64,000 nucleotides of DNA from Auanema rhodensis (GCA_964057225.1 OZ059895.1:11842001-11906000), one strand, 5' to 3'. Positions 11,731-24,561 are shown, counted from the stretch's first letter. Notes: generated by a model from the letters alone, not told the origin. Numbers and translations: made by a program.

Positions 11731-14700
11731 ATGTTATCTCTCCCCTACTTCTATGTTAAAAATAAACCATATCATGTTGAGCCCAACAGCTCCACCACTT
11801 GAGGGAGATGAGATTCATGAAACAGTTAGTGATGAATTGATGCGGAGCTATTTTCCCACCATCATAACTTACATTCCTTTAGCCATACCTTTTGTATGTC
11901 ACACAACAACAAAGAAAGATGGACACATGTTACCGTTTGTTCATATTGACATTGAAGGTAGAGGACTGTTAGCATTATGGGATTCTGGAGCTACTGTCTC
12001 ATATATTCCGTTCTCCACATTGGCATATATTGGAAGACAATATTTTACAAAATATTCTAAATCTGCATCCACTGCAAATGGATCAGAGTTTCGCTTTGTG
12101 GGAAAATGCAAGTTAGATGTGGGTATAGCAGGTTACCAAGTGGAACACGAATTTTTAATATCTGAAGACAATGACTGTCCAGGACAAATGTTACTTGGTA
12201 CTGATTTTATGCGTACGTTGGAAGAAAGAGAGATATTTACTACATTAAAACTATGTAAAGGAAAGTTGATTGTTGGTAATATGGAAACACCTTTAGTAAA
12301 ACCTGGTTGTTTTGCATATAAAACCACAACTAAAACAGTAAATATCATAAGTTTGTCCACAGTAACAGTTCCACCACATAGTACATCCCACATATCTTTG
12401 CAAACAGGACCAGAATTAGATTTTGATCAATATGCTCTTTTAAAATCTAGCACAGGTCCTATCTCAATTCCAGATGCCGCCATAGGACCTTTTCCTATTA
12501 CTATGGTAGTATCAAACAATTCTTCAAAGCCAATTAAAATTAATAAAAATGACCACATTGGTTCAGGACTTATAGCATCTAAAGAAATTATGAACGATTA
12601 TGTTCCACCTGAAGCTGATTGGGAAGATAAGTTACCAACTTTTCCTCAGCATCTTTTGGATGATTTGAACTTCAATTCTTGCACTCTGTCTCATAAAATG
12701 AAGAAAAATCTGATCACAATCATTAAGGAAAACCAAACGGCATTTTTCAACCATGATCATAATATTGGTCTCTTTTGCGGACCAGTTGAACATGCCATTC
12801 CTATAAGATCCGATATGGATTTTCCAAAAAGTAGATCTTACAGAGTACCATTGGGTAAGCAAGAAGAAGTAGAACGGCAAGTGAAAGAAATGTTGTCGCA
12901 AGGTATAATCGAAAATTCGACGGCTACTTTCACTAGTCTGGTTGTTCTTGTAAAAAAGAAAGATAATTCTTTTCGGTTTGTTACTGACTTTAGAGCATTG
13001 AATAGTGTTACTAAGAAACAAACATACAGCATCCCACACATTCCTGATATCATAGACTTAGCGGCTGGAGCTCAGTTCTTTTCGAATTTTGATCTCATTT
13101 CTGGTTTCTTCCAAATACCGTTGAAACGCTCAGATAGATACCTAACTGCTTTTACCACTCCATCAGGTACCTATCAGTATTGCCGAATGCCTATGGGATT
13201 GTGTGGAGCGCCACACACTTTTCAATCCGCAGTACGATACTTACAATCTCTTGTTAGATGCAAACTGTTTGTATATCTAGATGATTTGCTAATAATTTCG
13301 AACTCAGCTGATGAACATTTAAGAGATATACAAGAAGTGCTGAAAAAGGTCACTGAACTAGGGTTAAAAATTAAGTTATCTAAATGTTGCTTTGCAGCCA
13401 CTGAAGTAAAGTTTTTGGGTTTTGTAATAGGTAGAAATGGTGTTAAACCAGATCCTGCTAAGATACAGGCTGTTTCCGAATTTCCAAATCCAAGTACAGT
13501 TACGGCTGTCAGATCCTTTCTAGGTATGACTAACTATTTTCGACGGTTTATTCAAAATTATGCCGGAATAGCTGAGCCATTGTATAAGTTAACACATAAG
13601 GATACTCCTTTTGAGTGGAAATCGGAACATGCAGACGCATTTAAAACTTTAAAAACATTACTGTGTACTGCCCCTGTACTGAAACCTCCTAAAGCAGACC
13701 AACCTTTTGTTATAGAAAGTGATGGCAGTATGATCGCTGTGGGAGCAGTTTTATTGCAATCAGCAGAGAAAAATTCTCCATTACACCCGATTGCGTTCGC
13801 TAGTAGAAAGTTGACTCCAGCGGAACGGAAATATCCTCCTATTGAAGTTGAAGCACTCGGTTTAGTCTTTGCTCTTCAACAATTCCGTACCTATGTATTA
13901 GGAGTACCTACCACAGTTATCACAGATCACCGACCATTAACCAGTTTAATGTCGCGTAAAGATTTCATAGGTAGATTAGCCAAGTATCAACTAATGATAC
14001 AAGATTTCAACATAAAGATTGAATATCGTCCTGGCAAATTAAACAGTGTCTGTGATGCTCTCTCCAGGTATATAGGAAACGAAGCAAATGACAGTCGTCC
14101 TACTAAACCAAAGGACAAAGTAAAACCTGTTGATGCTTTTATTGCTCATATTACAACTATTTCTTCTATTGACCAACTAAATTGTGAAGAAATACGGAAA
14201 GTTCAAGCTGGAGTTCCCTGGATTCGCGAAGCACTTTCTCAAATTGATAATGATAACTGTCCGGCTAATATATCAGACCGGTATGAAGAACGAGAAGGCA
14301 TATTACATGCAAAACAAGCGAAAAATTATTTGAAACCATCTATTATTTTGCCTCGAAACGACAAAATAACTGATGTTGTTATCAAGTTTTTCCATGAAGA
14401 TTCCAAAATTGGTGCACACCTAGGTATAAATAAAACTACTGATACGATTCGACGACGATTCTTTTGGACTAACATGGTTCCACAAATAACTGAATTTATT
14501 AATCGTTGTACAAAATGTGCAAGTAGGAAATCTAACTCACACCAATCGTATATTCAACCTATGGGAAGATTTGTTATACCCGAAAAGCCATTTGATCGTA
14601 TTCATGTAGATATACTAGGTCCTTTACCTCGCACTAATGATGGACATCGATACATCTTGAGTATTCAAGACGCTTTTAGTAAATGGGGAACAACTTGCCC

Positions 14701-15460
14701 ATTAATAACACAAACGGCTACTGAAATCACAAAAGCGTTTGTAATTAGATTTGTTTTCATATATGGACCACCAATGAGTATGATAACCGATAATGGTAGT
14801 AGCTTTTTGTCATCTGAATTTCAAGCTATGTGTAAACAATTTGGAATTAAACACACTACTACGCTACCATATCATAAAAATGCTAATGGACAAGTTGAGA
14901 GACTTCATAGAACTTTAGAAGAAGCTCTCTCTTCATTCGTGAATGAACAACAAACTAACTGGGATATACACCTACCCAAAGTTATGTTTGCGATCAATAC
15001 GTTACCAAACTCATCAACATCTATTAGTCCATATGTTGTATTATTTGGTCGGGATGCAAGACTTCCTATTGACCATCAATTGCCTGGAAATAATCTTCAA
15101 ACTGAAGAACCAGCCAATCCTACAGAAGATTTTGTCAATAGATCGCTAATACAAAATGAAAGCACATCTAATATAGTAAAAGATAGAATTGAAACATGCA
15201 CAAAAAAGAATGAACAACGGTACAATACACGAAATAGAACACAAAATAAAGAAATTCAGGTTAATGACTTAGTTATGATAAAAGTGAATTCTACTCGAAA
15301 CAAACTAACACCTTCATTCGAAGGGCCTTATTTAGTTACAGCAGTTCAAAGATCTTTCGTCGTGGTTCAAACAGATAAAGGAAAAAGCAGAAGTGTACAC
15401 AAGGATTTCGTCAAACCTTACCAACGGACAACATCTATTCCGGTTATCACAATTTCTTGA
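11731..15460 (+). CDS. Gypsy Pol (PR-RT-RNaseH-IN), intact and in frame with env (part of ORF 9638-15460)
   Basis: LWDSGA (11981), YLDD (13274), RNase H ESDGS..EALG..TDH, HHCC zinc finger, integrase HVD..TDNG..VER, GPY motif. Confidence 0.96.
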
Positions 15461-16042
15461 AGGTAGTTTTTTTTAACAAAATCAAATTGTTGAATTTTTT
15501 TATTTTATTTTGTGCCATTTCTGATTGTACCACTTCTTTGTTGTTGATTGATTTTTTCTGAAAAGCCTGCTATTGTTTTACAAGGTTTTGTTTTATTACT
15601 ACAACTCTCATTGAGTAGATTTTTTCAACATTCTCTTGTGAATCTTGTTATTTTTTTATGCTTGATCATTACTTGTATTCACCTTATGGACATTAGTCAT
15701 ACGGGTTAAACGAGTTTTCATTTTTTGTACAGAACGGGCTCGACCTATTCTCAGGGTAACACCGTACCTGTACAACTCAAGAAAATGAACGACTATATCA
15801 CAGTCGAATGGTTTAGAAGCGAAGCTCTCGTTTGCAAGCATTTCACTACTCAAGTGAATGGAATAGAATCTACTCGATACTACATTTCGAATTCAACAAA
15901 CTTGAAGAGACAATAGCTAAACTTTCTAATCGTATTGTATACATTTTTTTATCCACTACACCATGATTTTTTTTCCAACATCCAACTATCTTAAAAAGTG
16001 AATTAATTTATTTTGTTTTTGAACGAGGACGTTCAACTTTTT

Positions 16043-16054
16043 GAGGTGGGGGGA
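16043..16054 (+). other. Polypurine tract of the nested gypsy element
   Basis: GAGGTGGGGGGA immediately 5' of TGTCAC. Confidence 0.85.
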
Positions 16055-16435
16055 TGTCACATCTGCAAGCACATGGTAAACATGTGCGCGCTATTCAAAT
16101 AGCGGGAGCCTGAACAAGCCCCGCCTACAACATGGGACACACATGGCACTCTTGCTTCTGGCCTAACCCAGATAGGTTGTCTTATAGTCATGTGAGTCTC
16201 ATCTCTATATCATCTATATATATACTCTATTTAATACTTTATTAGATCTCTTTATATTCTTTCTTAATGTAATTCTTATATTGTATTTTCTTGTTATCTG
16301 ATAATGAATCCTTTTCTCTTTAAGTAATTGTCTTAATAAGGAAATCGGGGCGTTCGGGTCTGCCTACCTAAGGAACAAGGTAGAAGTACATATATCTTCC
16401 GACCATGAAAAGACGGGAAGAAACGATATGTAACG
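16055..16435 (+). repeat. 3' LTR of the nested gypsy element (381 bp, TG...CG)
   Basis: Follows the PPT, starts with the same 16 nt as the element's 5' end, ends at the TSD. Confidence 0.8.
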
Positions 16436-18116
16436 ACTATAGTTAAATTAAGTAAATTCTTGAGACATTGGATCATAAAACTTCATCTCACAGCTATAAC
16501 AAGGTTAAATAAGGTAATGCAATTAGATGAAAACTGGCAAACTACAGCTAATGATATTGAGATTATAACCAAATTATTAATAAGTAAAGCACAACAGTAT
16601 GTAACAATAGATCTCCTCATGAAAAAACATGAAGGTTTTGTATTTTTTCTCGATGAAGAAATAATCAGAGTTCGTAGTAGATTGAACAACTCGGAATTAC
16701 CGTTTGAAACTCAAAATCCCATATATCTTCCAAGGGATTCTCCGTACACAGAACACAAAATTATGCATTTACACAGAGAATGCATGCACCAAGGGCGAGA
16801 TTTTGTTCTAACACACTTGCGTCAAAAATACTTTTTAAGTAGACCATCAAGCATAGTCAGATCAGTTCTCAAAACATGCACAATCTGCAATAGATACAAC
16901 GCTTTGCCGTTTGGAACGTCCTTAATGCCAGCATTGCCTAAGAATAGAGTAATTCTAACAAAACAATTCATGAGTACAGGTTGTGACTTATTAGGTCCAA
17001 TAACCATAAAGGATGGTAAAAAGATATTTATATGTCTGTTTACTTGTTTAGATATAAGAGCTATACACTTAGAAATAGTTTTTGACCAACCAACAAAAGC
17101 ATTCTTAAACGCTTTTGAAAGGTTCATTAGAAGAAGAGGTATTCCAGAAATAATACGAAGTGATAAAGGAGGAAACTTCTTATTAAGTGCTAAAGTAATA
17201 GAGTTTTACACAGAATCAAAAAATGAAAAAACATTAACCAATTATCTTGCCGAAAAGAATATTAAATGGTACTTCAACACACCACAGGCTCCATGGAAAG
17301 GTGGAACATGGGAAAGACTAGTAGGACTAACAAAGTTAGCACTATACAAAACAATTAGAAATAAATTAATGTCATTTGATGATATACATACAGTAATTGA
17401 AAATCGAAAAAATTTTGAATACTCGCCCGCTTACACATCCGAACCCATCCAACCTGAACATTTTGCTTATCAGACCTTGTGATTTTTTAAACCGTTCCAT
17501 CAGGTTTACATTTTCTTCAAACGTATCGAATACCCGAATTTATGATAAAACTATCAATAGCAGGACAATACAAACTATAGAGCAAGCCATTGAAGCAATA
17601 GAGTTATCTAAAGATGTAACTCAATTATTCTGGAAAAAATTCTATTCCGAGTATTTACTGTATCTTAGAGATATTTACAAACACAACAGAAAACAACCTG
17701 CGACGAACGCTAAGAAACCACAAGAAGGCGAAGTTATTATAATACAAAATGATGATTCAAGTAGAGGTAAATGGAAATTAGGACGCATAATAGAACTGAT
17801 AAAAAGTGCAGATGGGGAAGTTAGATCTGCAAAACTAATAACTGGCACTGGTCTTATAACAATTCGTTCATTAAACCACATATATCCACTAGAAGTGAAA
17901 AACGCAGAAGCATCACCGTTTGCGTCAGAACCTCACTCAATGAGATACAATAAAAAATACCAAGTAAATCCATTTTTAATCACCGGAACGGTAAAACAAA
18001 AAGGAAATCGGTTTGAAAATGTTGAAAATGTTGAACACCTTGAAAACACTCAAGAAAGTGAACAAAATAACGATGTAACACCTCTCGACATCTATACACT
18101 CAACATGAATATCTAA
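16436..18116 (+). pseudogene. BEL integrase (frameshift at ~17400)
   Basis: HLH..CMH..CTIC zinc finger, GCDLLGP, RAIHLE, RSDKG, PWKGGTWERLVG, LNTRPL, RGKWKLGRI. Confidence 0.93.
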
Positions 18117-18564
18117 AACAAAGCAGGAAACGAAAATGATTCTAATAATACGAACTTAGAGCAAGCGGAAGATCAAACAAATGAGATAACTCTTCAAACC
18201 GAAAATGAATCCAATCCAAAATAAAATGAAAACGATTGTTCCAAAAGAAGCTCTTCTTAGAATAATTCCAACGGTTGAGGCTACATGCCAATCTTCTGAA
18301 TTGCTAACAGCGGAAGCATTATATTTCCCACAATGTAATCCATTAACGACTTTGATAACATTTTTCATACCAATTATACTATTATTTACTATATTAGCAA
18401 TTTGTAAAAGAGTATTGAAAGCTCATAAAAATGACCAATATTAGTATAAATTTTTAAATGATAATTGGCAAACGATACTAACCGAAGTTAGAAGTGGAAA
18501 ACCTGATTCAAAAATATTAACAAGTTCAGACGATGTAGTCGTACAAAAGGAAAACACAGTAACC

Positions 18565-20159
18565 ATGAAATTTGACAATGTAACTCCAAAATGGAAAAAT
18601 GATGTTCCAAAAACTATTAAAATTCCAAATTACATGAGAACATCATCATTAACTTCATTACAATTATCGATAGCACTCATGGTATTATTAATAACAGTAG
18701 AATCTTGTTCAAACTCACATATTAGGCATTCAATAAATATAATTTGCATTAATCGAACAAATTGTTATCAAGAATACGATAATGAAATCATTTTCAATAA
18801 AGGCATAAGGGACCCTTGCTTAGAATTCATTTACCAAAATAAATCTATCGGTAAAATAGAAATAACGAAAAAACCAACAGAATACATTTGCCAGAAAAGT
18901 ACGCTATATTATACTCGTGAAAGCACAATTCAATACAAAACTCAATATTCCTGTTATGGAACAGGATCTTGTAATCACACTTGTGAAGCTATAAATCCTA
19001 TTGGACAATTACAAGAATTTGATAAAGAAGAAGGACCAACACCAGTTGGTTGTGCTAGGCGATGTGGCTTTCTTTTCTGCGGATGTTGGTCTCTAGAAGA
19101 CGGTTGCTCATTCTTTCAAACTGAATTTAAACCAATCAATGAAATAGTTTATGAAATAGTAGAATGTGATTCTTGGGAAATAAATATACCATTAGAGGTA
19201 AAGTATGATCTATTTAAACACAAAGCCAATATTAATATTCTTTTAAAACCATACGACACTGTTAATTTTCCAAACTTTAATATAAGCTCAATCTCCCAAA
19301 TTGTACCACCAACCCGATATTTAAACACCAAATATGCATTATCAACTATAAACAGTTATTACATGGAACCTCATACTCATATATGAGTGAAGTAGCATGC
19401 AAAACCAAATATCAAACTACAAATGAATTTAACTCTTGTAAAATACAAAATAATCAGGCAAACTTATTACCCATGAACACCAAGAACACCCTAATTACCA
19501 TGAAAGAAAACAAATTAACACTTATTCCTCAAACAGATGAATCAACTGTTGTTCTTCAATTACAAGGGAATGTGTCATCTCGTACCTTTCTGTACGACTT
19601 TCCTTGTCGACCGGATTTTAAAAAACTTTCCGGGTGTCACAGCTGTAGAAGAACAGCTGTTGCCGAGTTTATGTGTATATCACAAAAGGATTCTTGGATC
19701 ACAATGCAATGTAGTGAGAACATATACATGATTGAATGCGCCCCACACATGCCACTTACTGCTGTGGAATATTACTCAGAGCATTCTGAAATCTATGAAG
19801 AATGCTTCGTAACATGTGTTGATGAAAAACACCACGTGATCATACAAGGAACATTACAATGGGATAGTGAAATCCCAGATGTTGAGAAAACAATCATCAA
19901 CATTGTGACAATTGCTAACACCTGGAGAAATATTTTGGATGTAATTAAAACAAATTGGGCATTATCATTATGCTTCCTCCTGATAACTGTTTTTATACCA
20001 GTATTATCTTATATAATAGGAGTACAAGCAATAATTGTAATCATCATAATCATACAAAAATTAATCGTTCAGATGATAAAAATTGTGATGATCATTACAT
20101 CATTACTGAGAAAAATGCTCAGGAATCCTAGACACGGAGCTGAGTCCAGCACAAATTAA
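18565..20159 (+). pseudogene. BEL env, phlebovirus Gc-like class II fusion protein (frameshift at ~19383)
   Basis: Signal-like LSIALMVLLITVESC; SCYGTGSC; fusion-loop pattern CARRCGFLFCGCWSLEDGC; LSGCHSC; C-terminal TM. Confidence 0.88.
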
Positions 20160-20185
20160 TTTACTAATCACGTTGTTGCCGGGAG

Positions 20186-20524
20186 TGTCACGGTCAACGT
20201 GAATACATGTACTTTTATTACGGTAACGTTTTGTTTGTCATTTTTTGAATTAACTCCACCCCCTTTAACCATCTGGTGCCTCCCTATAAAAGGGAGAACT
20301 AGATGGTTAAATTTTTATGTCTCACCAATTTTGAATTGATTTTAGGATTTTCTAGGAAATTCTAAAATCAATCTACTTGCTATTTTCACTTTACTGTTTT
20401 GTTGTATTTCGTTGAATAAACCTTTCTTCATTTTACTTGTTTTAACGCATAACACAGCACTCATACGAACCGACTCCATACTTGGACTGATACTTGGAGG
20501 TAAAAGTCCAATTGTCAAGCGACA
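20186..20524 (+). repeat. BEL 3' LTR, copy 1 (339 bp)
   Basis: TGTCAC...GCGACA, preceded by GCCGGGAG; matches the reverse complement of 29513-29851. Confidence 0.95.
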
Positions 20525-20592
20525 GGCCCAACGTTGCTTGACTCGCCAGATCGGACGGGATGGCGTACTTTCAACGTGGTATGGTCGTAAGC
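20525..20592 (-). pseudogene. 5S rRNA 5' half (nt 1-68), cut by the BEL element
   Basis: Reverse complement is GCTTACGACCATACC...CAACGTTGGGCC; the inverted 5S spacer continues to ~20987. Confidence 0.93.
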
Positions 20593-21008
20593 GAAAATAT
20601 CTGATATTCAATGATTTACATACTTATCCTCGTTATTGTTTTTTTTCCAATTTCATGTTAGTTATGTAATTTTCCACGTTCCATCTAAATCCTTCGATGA
20701 TATCAATTCTTATGAGCTCCAAATACAATAAATTAAGAAAGGTTTCACAGTTGTATAGTGTTTGAACAATGTTTGTTTCGATAGGAAATAGATAGAAACA
20801 GTAAAGTTAAGATGAAGGTTCATTAACTACTGGTTTATAACTGTAATATAGAAATAAGATTGAAGATATTTTGATGCCTTGGGTTGAGCTATCTAAGGAA
20901 AACTGCTGGAAAATTGAAAACATTTGTTACGGAAGAGATAAAATTGAAAATTAGCTGCATGGCGTACTTTCAACGTGGTATGATGGTTGGAACGTTTTTC
21001 TTCTTCAG

Positions 21009-23389
21009 ATCTAGGGATTCAATTGTTCAACATGACATTACAGCAGATTGTTTTGTGCCATGCTCTGGCACAAGTAAGACAGTGCTTTTTTTTCTATAAT
21101 GTAATTAATGCTTAGATTCGGATGGCGTTCGTATCACAGGGAAATCTTTTGAAAAATACCTTGAAGAGAACAAAGGACTTTTTATCAATAATTTTTATAA
21201 CTGACAAGTTTGAGCAAAAGTGTTGCCACACACGTCAAAAGTAATCAAGGACGAAAAGCGCCCTTGAATTTTAAGGAAGTCACGGATAGATATATCGCTG
21301 CTGTTGATCCGTTTGAAATACTTAGCCAGCCAATTATTGAACGACAAGGTAATTCAAACGGAAAAATAGAGTGTGAATCAGTGGATTTTCAGCAGATGGA
21401 TTTGTGAAAGTCAGACTTATGCTGTGCTATCCAGTTGCACTAGAATGTTTTAGTCAAAGCCTTCCTTTTCTTGATGATTTAATTCATCATCGCTAGCTGG
21501 TAGATAATATGCTTGATATGAGTATTGAGAATGCTATTCAAACATTTAGTGAGCTCACTGCTGATTTTAAAACACTCATTTACATTACAGATTCTCATCT
21601 TTCTGTTGTCAATTGCAGTGGCAGCCTACCTCTAATCGGTTCTTGCATAATGCTCGATACTACGTTCAGCTTAGCTTCATCGGAGTTCGTTACTGTTGTG
21701 ATTGGCATCAGTGAGACATTCAGGTGCTAACAATTTATTGCAAAAGCATTTGAGTAGCACAATTTGTTTAGAAGTTCATCTTCGGGAAAAAACAGAAGTC
21801 TTCTTCTAGCCGTTATGATTCACAATAGAAAAACTTTAGAAGAACATGAAGCATTCTCGGTTTTTCTCAATAATATGTTTTCTAAGTATTGCAAGAGTAA
21901 AGCTGTTGGGTTGATTGTTCATGACGGTGAGATTGCATTTAAGCAGTATACAACAGTTAGTTACTTCGATGTAAATATATTCATATTCAAAATTAGGGCT
22001 GTTTTTGGAAACATGCAATGTTAATTCGTTGCGATGTTCATCGCTTAAAGAATCTGAAAGAAAACTGCGATTCGTTGGATATGTTTGAGAACCTCAAAAA
22101 AAATTGTGGGGTGAAAAGAAAGACGTAAATCAATTTGCGAAAAACTGTTTAAAATTCATTTTTAGCTTATGGGTTCGACCATGTTGAAAAGAGGTATCTT
22201 ACAATGTTTGAATCGTAGAGAATATTCTTAAAAAATGCTTAGATTCATCGCTTGTATGCCGCCAGGAAGAGCCAAAATATGGTATAAGATCTTTTTGTTT
22301 TTTTAGGGATGCACAAAAAATATGTTTTTAGGCTATTAGAGAATTTTGAAAGTCTTTTTGAATCAAATAGTTTGTTCTCAAAATTAAGGGCCGGCTGGCC
22401 TACGCAATTTTTGAGTTCAAACATAATTGAGGCCAAAAATGCCTATTTCAAAATGATTATTCAAAGCAGAAAACCTGCGCAAAAGTTATTGAATGATTTG
22501 CTTCAATATCACAAAAGTTGTTTTTCTCGTAGCTTAGAACAAACTAATAATAATTCTTCAGATGAAATACACGACTGTGCAAGAGCTATTTCTGGTGAAG
22601 TATCCCGATATCAGACTTCTCATGCTGTTCCAACAGAGGTATGGGCTATGATGTCGAAACGAGAGCAGCGAGAAAAATTGAGAGAATACGGATTAGAAAA
22701 ATTTTTACCGGAGGATGTTTTTGAAAATTTTCCAAGTTGGCTGATTCCAGGTTAGTTCATTTTATTCATGAGAGCTTTTTTCAACAATCAAATAGATAAA
22801 AAAGTTGATAGGGAGATACTAATTTCACTTGTAAATGAATTAACTGTTTTACCATTCGAACAGTACAGAATTCTTCTTAGAAGAACAGATATGAGGTGCG
22901 TTAAAAATGGTTGATTTCGAACAATATTGTTTTCAGTTGTACTGTAGTTACGTTAGACAAAGCTGACCTCGCATGTTTTAATTATGGATGCAAGAAAATT
23001 AACGAAAAACTTAAATTCTGCGTTCATAAGTTTTCAAAAATATTGTTAACGTATTATATTCCAATTACAGAACAGCTGTCTTCCTCGCATTATCTGATGA
23101 AGAAAAAAATGAAGTTATACAGACTCTTGAGATAAGAAAAAATAAAATCAGCTGTATATCTTTCCTCCGAGATCAAGCAAAACCGGAGCATGGTACTAAA
23201 TTCAGAAAAAGAAAGTTCAACCAGTTTAGCAGTAACAATTAGACCAGAAACTACATTGGACTTGCAGAGTGAGCGAAAATTGAACTGAGGAAAAAAAATT
23301 TGATTTATAGTACATCATCGTCTTCCCTGAACATATCCACATTTTCTAGATATGAAGAAATCTCAATTGCAGATGATGATGCTTTCTAA
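21009..23389 (+). pseudogene. Mutator/MULE transposase pseudogene with short introns and a SWIM-like finger
   Basis: IMLDTTF, VHDGEIAF, RCDVH (CxxH), SSNIIEAKN catalytic motifs; ACFNYGC...FCVH; short GT-AG introns; in-frame stops. Confidence 0.8.
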
Positions 23390-23589
23390 ACTTGATAATC
23401 AAACATACGTAACAAAGACGAAGTTTTAAATCATTTTAGTTTATTCATCATGTAACCCCAGGTTATCAATATTGTAAAAGATAAAATTTCGTAACTCATT
23501 CGAAGTATCATATATTAGTAAACATTTCCACGTTAGACGGACAATATATTATTTGAATTCAAATAAAATTTTTAAAAATACTACATATA

Positions 23590-23687
23590 CACCAAGGTAA
23601 AATGAGTGGTGTACGAGTAGTATTTGGAGTGTACATGTAAGGTGTACGTGATGTGTATATTTTTTTTGGTGTACCTGTCATAAGGCC
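23590..23687. repeat. Probable MULE terminal repeat with repeated GTGTAC motifs
   Basis: GTGTAC repeated four times; reads GGCCTTATGACAGGTACACC from the end on the minus strand; abuts 5S nt ~79; the partner end is not in the window. Confidence 0.5.
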
Positions 23688-23728
23688 TTGGATTGGAGAC
23701 GGCTTGGGAATCCCGGGTGCCGTAAGCT
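23687..23728 (+). pseudogene. 5S rRNA 3' fragment (nt ~78-119), followed by a full spacer and a 14-nt 5S start at 24139-24152
   Basis: CTTGGATTGGAGACGGCTTGGGAATCCCGGGTGCCGTAAGCT, then the array spacer. Confidence 0.9.
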
Positions 23729-24438
23729 TTTCAAATTTTTTTAACGATCATACCACGTTGAAAGTACGCCATGCAGCTGATTTTCAATTTTATCTCTTCC
23801 GTAACAAATGTTTTCAATTTTCCAGCAGTTTTACTTAGATAGCTCAACCAAAGGCAGCAAATTATCTTCAATCTTATTTTTATATTACAGTTATAAACCA
23901 GTAGTTAATGAACCTTTATCTTAACTTTACTGTTTCTATATATTCCCTATTGCAACAAACATTTATTATACACTATACAAGTGTGAAACCTTTTTTAATT
24001 TATTGTATTTGGAGCTCATAAGATTTGATATCATCAAGGGATTTAGATAGAACGTGGAAAATTACATAACTAACATGAAATTGGAAAAAAAACAATAACG
24101 AGGATAAGTATGTAAATCATTGAATATCAGATATTTTCGCTTACGACCATACTATCGGCAAATGCCTGACTATCAACAAAATATAATGATTTACAATATA
24201 AACATAACTCTTCTGAAATACTAAACCATTATCTATTAACCGAATAATTGTATCATTAACCTATTGCGCAACATTCTCAAAAGATGTTGAACTTTTATCA
24301 CCTCTATAGTTTACATTAACGTGACCTTTCTATTCAAATATCAAATATCACCCTTAAGCTAAATCATATATAAACCCAAGAAACCTTCACTTTCGAATCT
24401 AACTTTTCTACCACTGTACCATCTTTATTTATAATAAA

Positions 24439-24561
24439 AATAATATGATTTTATGAATTCCACGTCTTCATCCTGATGTAAGCCTTCCGTTGAAACTTCA
24501 TGAAATATCACGTAAGGCTTACATCAGGATGAAGACGTGGGATTCATTAAATCATATTATT
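24439..24561. repeat. Long inverted repeat (48-bp arms, 27-nt loop)
   Basis: 24439-24486 and 24514-24561 are reverse complements with 2 mismatches; a third partial arm lies at ~24689-24725. Confidence 0.9.

Larger units (their letters stand above)
7347..16435 (+). mobile_element. Ty3/gypsy retroelement with gag-env-pol order, nested in BEL pol
   Basis: ACTA TSD (7343-7346 / 16436-16439); removing it restores the BEL frame LLKTIVKLSK seen in copy 2; starts TGTCAC; PPT and 3' LTR present; PR-RT-RH-IN order. Confidence 0.93.
4434..20524 (+). mobile_element. BEL/Pao LTR retrotransposon copy 1 (5'-truncated, defective, env-bearing), interrupted by a nested gypsy element
   Basis: Colinear with copy 2 from 4434; gag with three Cys/His knuckles, protease, RT (YVDN), RNase H, integrase, Gc-like env, PPT and 3' LTR. 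Confidence 0.93.

Noticed and set aside
15725-15916. Small ORF after pol as an accessory gene
   Set aside because: Non-ATG start, 63 aa, no recognisable motif; a spliced exon cannot be excluded but is unsupported
20186-20592. Cassandra-like LTR carrying 5S sequence
   Set aside because: The 5S lies outside the TG...CA boundaries and is split by a TSD, so it is the target, not cargo
20342-20669. ORFs spanning the LTR/5S junction (also 29368-29695)
   Set aside because: Chance frames across LTR, 5S and spacer sequence
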